From assembly GCF_964204645.1 (NCBI RefSeq), contig NC_134026.1:24958150-25022149 (forward strand): a stretch of 64,000 nt of DNA, in the 5' to 3' direction. A program made the position numbers and the translations under genes. Shown in pieces: positions 61,690 through 64,000 of this stretch. This DNA is from Tubulanus polymorphus (taxonomy: Eukaryota; Animalia; Nemertea). Below the pieces are notes generated by a model, which saw nothing but the letters and a program-made list of their open reading frames with translations, ran no database searches and had not been told where the DNA came from. Each line of letters starts with the position of its first letter. Within the stretch, counting starts at the first letter, position 1.

Positions 61690-62978
61690 TCCTTCGAGAT
61701 TCGGCGTGGTTTTCCGGGTTCACGGTGTTCGGTCGAGTGATTTTCGGTCTCCTAAGGGCCACATTTTTGACGATTTAGACGTATTTACAGCATTCCTGCC
61801 GATTTCGACAACTGGTTATAACGAACAAACGTTTACTGTAGGTGTTTATCGTGTGTATTTTGTTATTAATTGTCTTATGATCGTTTGTTTTCGGTCAATT
61901 AATTGACCGACATTTTTGGTCGCCAGTCGCCGCCGAGCTTCTTCTTTTTCCTTTGTTCAGTCCACGTCGATATACTTATCACTTATCTCGTTTGCTACAG
62001 TTTAGCACTCGAAATGTTCAACGTCCATTAACACTTTTTATAATTTAAGTGAGGCTTTCACTTTGTACTTGGGCTTGTACTTGTATAAGATATTCCCTAC
62101 TTCTACATCTCTTCTGTATACTCGCTCTTCCTCCTTGACTCCAGTCCATGCCATCGTTAGTGCGATGCTACTTTTTGAGATGATAGAGTCTTTCTATATT
62201 CCTGTGTTTGGTTAGATTTTGGATCTTTCTTTGAAAGATCCAACTTTTTTATGGTTAGCTACAGTTTTTTTTAATACATTATTTTTTATTTTTTTTAAAC
62301 TTATCAATATCACTGATATTCGATTAGAAACATAAAGACACAATTCATGATTGCTGATTTAGTGCTTGGCACTGGAGATCCAGTTTCACCATTATTCTTT
62401 AACAGAACCTAAGACTAGAAAATAGCTGGTATAGATTGAATTTTAATTTAATCAATTTGAGTAGAATTTAAGCATATGGGTTTAAGATAAAGGCTTTTTG
62501 ATAAGATAAATATTGGTTTGAATCTTATCAACAATTCTTCTTTTTGTCACACTTTTTGTAAGCTATTAAAACAATGAAAGTTGCTTTCATCTTTCCAGTC
62601 CATGGCCTGGTTGTTACCTGGTTATAGGTAAAGGCTTAGCAAGCCTGTCCAATTAACATTATGATTGAATGTCACTGTCGAAATTTCCCTCTTAATCCAG
62701 AAATAATTGACTCTGGTCATGTTACTGATGTAGGCTAATCACTGAATGCAGTGAGAAATGAATCAGGCCATTTCAAATATTGATATCAAATCAATATAAA
62801 CCAAGAACACCAACAATATTTAATGTCTTATCCTGCACTATATCTAGATCTATGATAATATGTATAAATGATCATTTTTGTATATATTTTCTGTTTGATA
62901 TCGATTCCCTTGTATTTGCAGGATATTGAACATGTCCGATCCCTTGGATTAGACTGTATATTCGGAAGCCACCAAAAC
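61690..62978 (+). other. Probable 5' end (TSS region and an early exon at ~62922-62978) of an unidentified gene divergent from MAEA
   Basis: CpG-rich patch at 61690-61940. A 57 nt exon-like segment is bounded by TTTGCAG and GTAAGT. No recognisable product. Confidence 0.3.
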
Positions 62979-64000
62979 GTAAGTATCTTTCTTGACAAGT
63001 TTTGAATTTTTCATTCGAAATTATGGATGATGCAGCTATATAATTGTTCAGGTTTATTTCATTATCTTCAATATTGCCTGTATATTAATGCCTATTATTA
63101 GTGAGAACAGTTATTACCATCATAATTCAATTGAATAACGTATATTATAACGTAATTATATTGTCTTTAAATCAATGTTAGATGATTATAGGTAGGCCTA
63201 TATTTGGGCACCTTTTGACTGAATAGAGAATCATGAGGTTCAGCGCTTACACAAAATCCAATCATTCATGTCTTGGACTCAGACCTTATTTCTTCTGAAT
63301 TGCAGATATTCTAAATTCAGCCGGTCAAAAATAGTGCGCGAAGAACTGAAGCGTATTATTCAAATTGAGTCAAATATGAGTCTCTTAACGGTTGTCTGAT
63401 AAATAGTAATCCAGGTTCCATTAAATAGTCAAACAGATCGGTAGAAACATCAACCGATATAACGTTTCCTTTGAGATTCGTGCTGTGACTGTTACGATTT
63501 GATTTTTAATATTTCATAAATGGATTTGCGAGATTAACGTTCTCACGAAGTTGAATGATTGCTCCATGTCTCCATGACAACTGAATGACTTGCGAGAATG
63601 TCGGGAAGTTGTTTAATTCATTTTGCGTCTACTGTATTGATTTTGAAAAATAAACGCATTAAATTCCTCAATATTCTGCGCAGATGTTTTCAGTCACAAT
63701 GACAGCCCGACAAAATTTTCATTTTTTTTTCATTGAATTTTTCAAATGAAGTTCTCTCGCCTCTGTTAATGATACGGTACTTAATTATTGATTTCAAAAG
63801 TGAATATTCTGTCATAAATATCCTACAATTGTTATGCGCCGGTTTTGCGAGGAAATATGAACTACAAGCCTGCTTGTGAAACTCGTATTGCCATCAAGAT
63901 GATAATGAAGCTGAGACAGAGAATATTGATGACCTATAAGTGTAACTAGAGATCTGTGTAGTAGGTTGTGCGTGTGGGCATCTAGGTCGTGTGTCTAGAC

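Overview
AT-rich, intron-dense genomic DNA from an invertebrate animal, probably a marine lophotrochozoan (inferred, not demonstrated). Genes in order: a secreted VWA/EGF repeat protein (-, runs off the left edge), an F-box/LRR protein (-), an astacin metalloprotease (-, absent from the ORF track), a globin with Gln at E7 (-), a ~36 kb gene of ~55 exons (+), THOC3 (-), a TEX36-like gene (+), MAEA (-), and probably the 5' end of a further + gene. The ~36 kb gene can be spliced into a single ~4,200-4,500 aa protein: a JAKMIP-like N-terminus, a very long coiled coil, and a RIM-binding-protein-like SH3-FN3-SH3 C-terminus, with several candidate internal first exons. MAEA has a U12-type intron and a candidate cassette exon. 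Mobile DNA includes a 2.2 kb foldback element with ~585 bp arms, a truncated Penelope-like retroelement carrying a minimal hammerhead ribozyme, a Helentron-associated (HINE-like) element with a 154 bp tandem array, and several MITEs. Exon boundaries were read by eye from GT/AG signals and frame continuity. Family assignments come from recalled motifs, not database searches.
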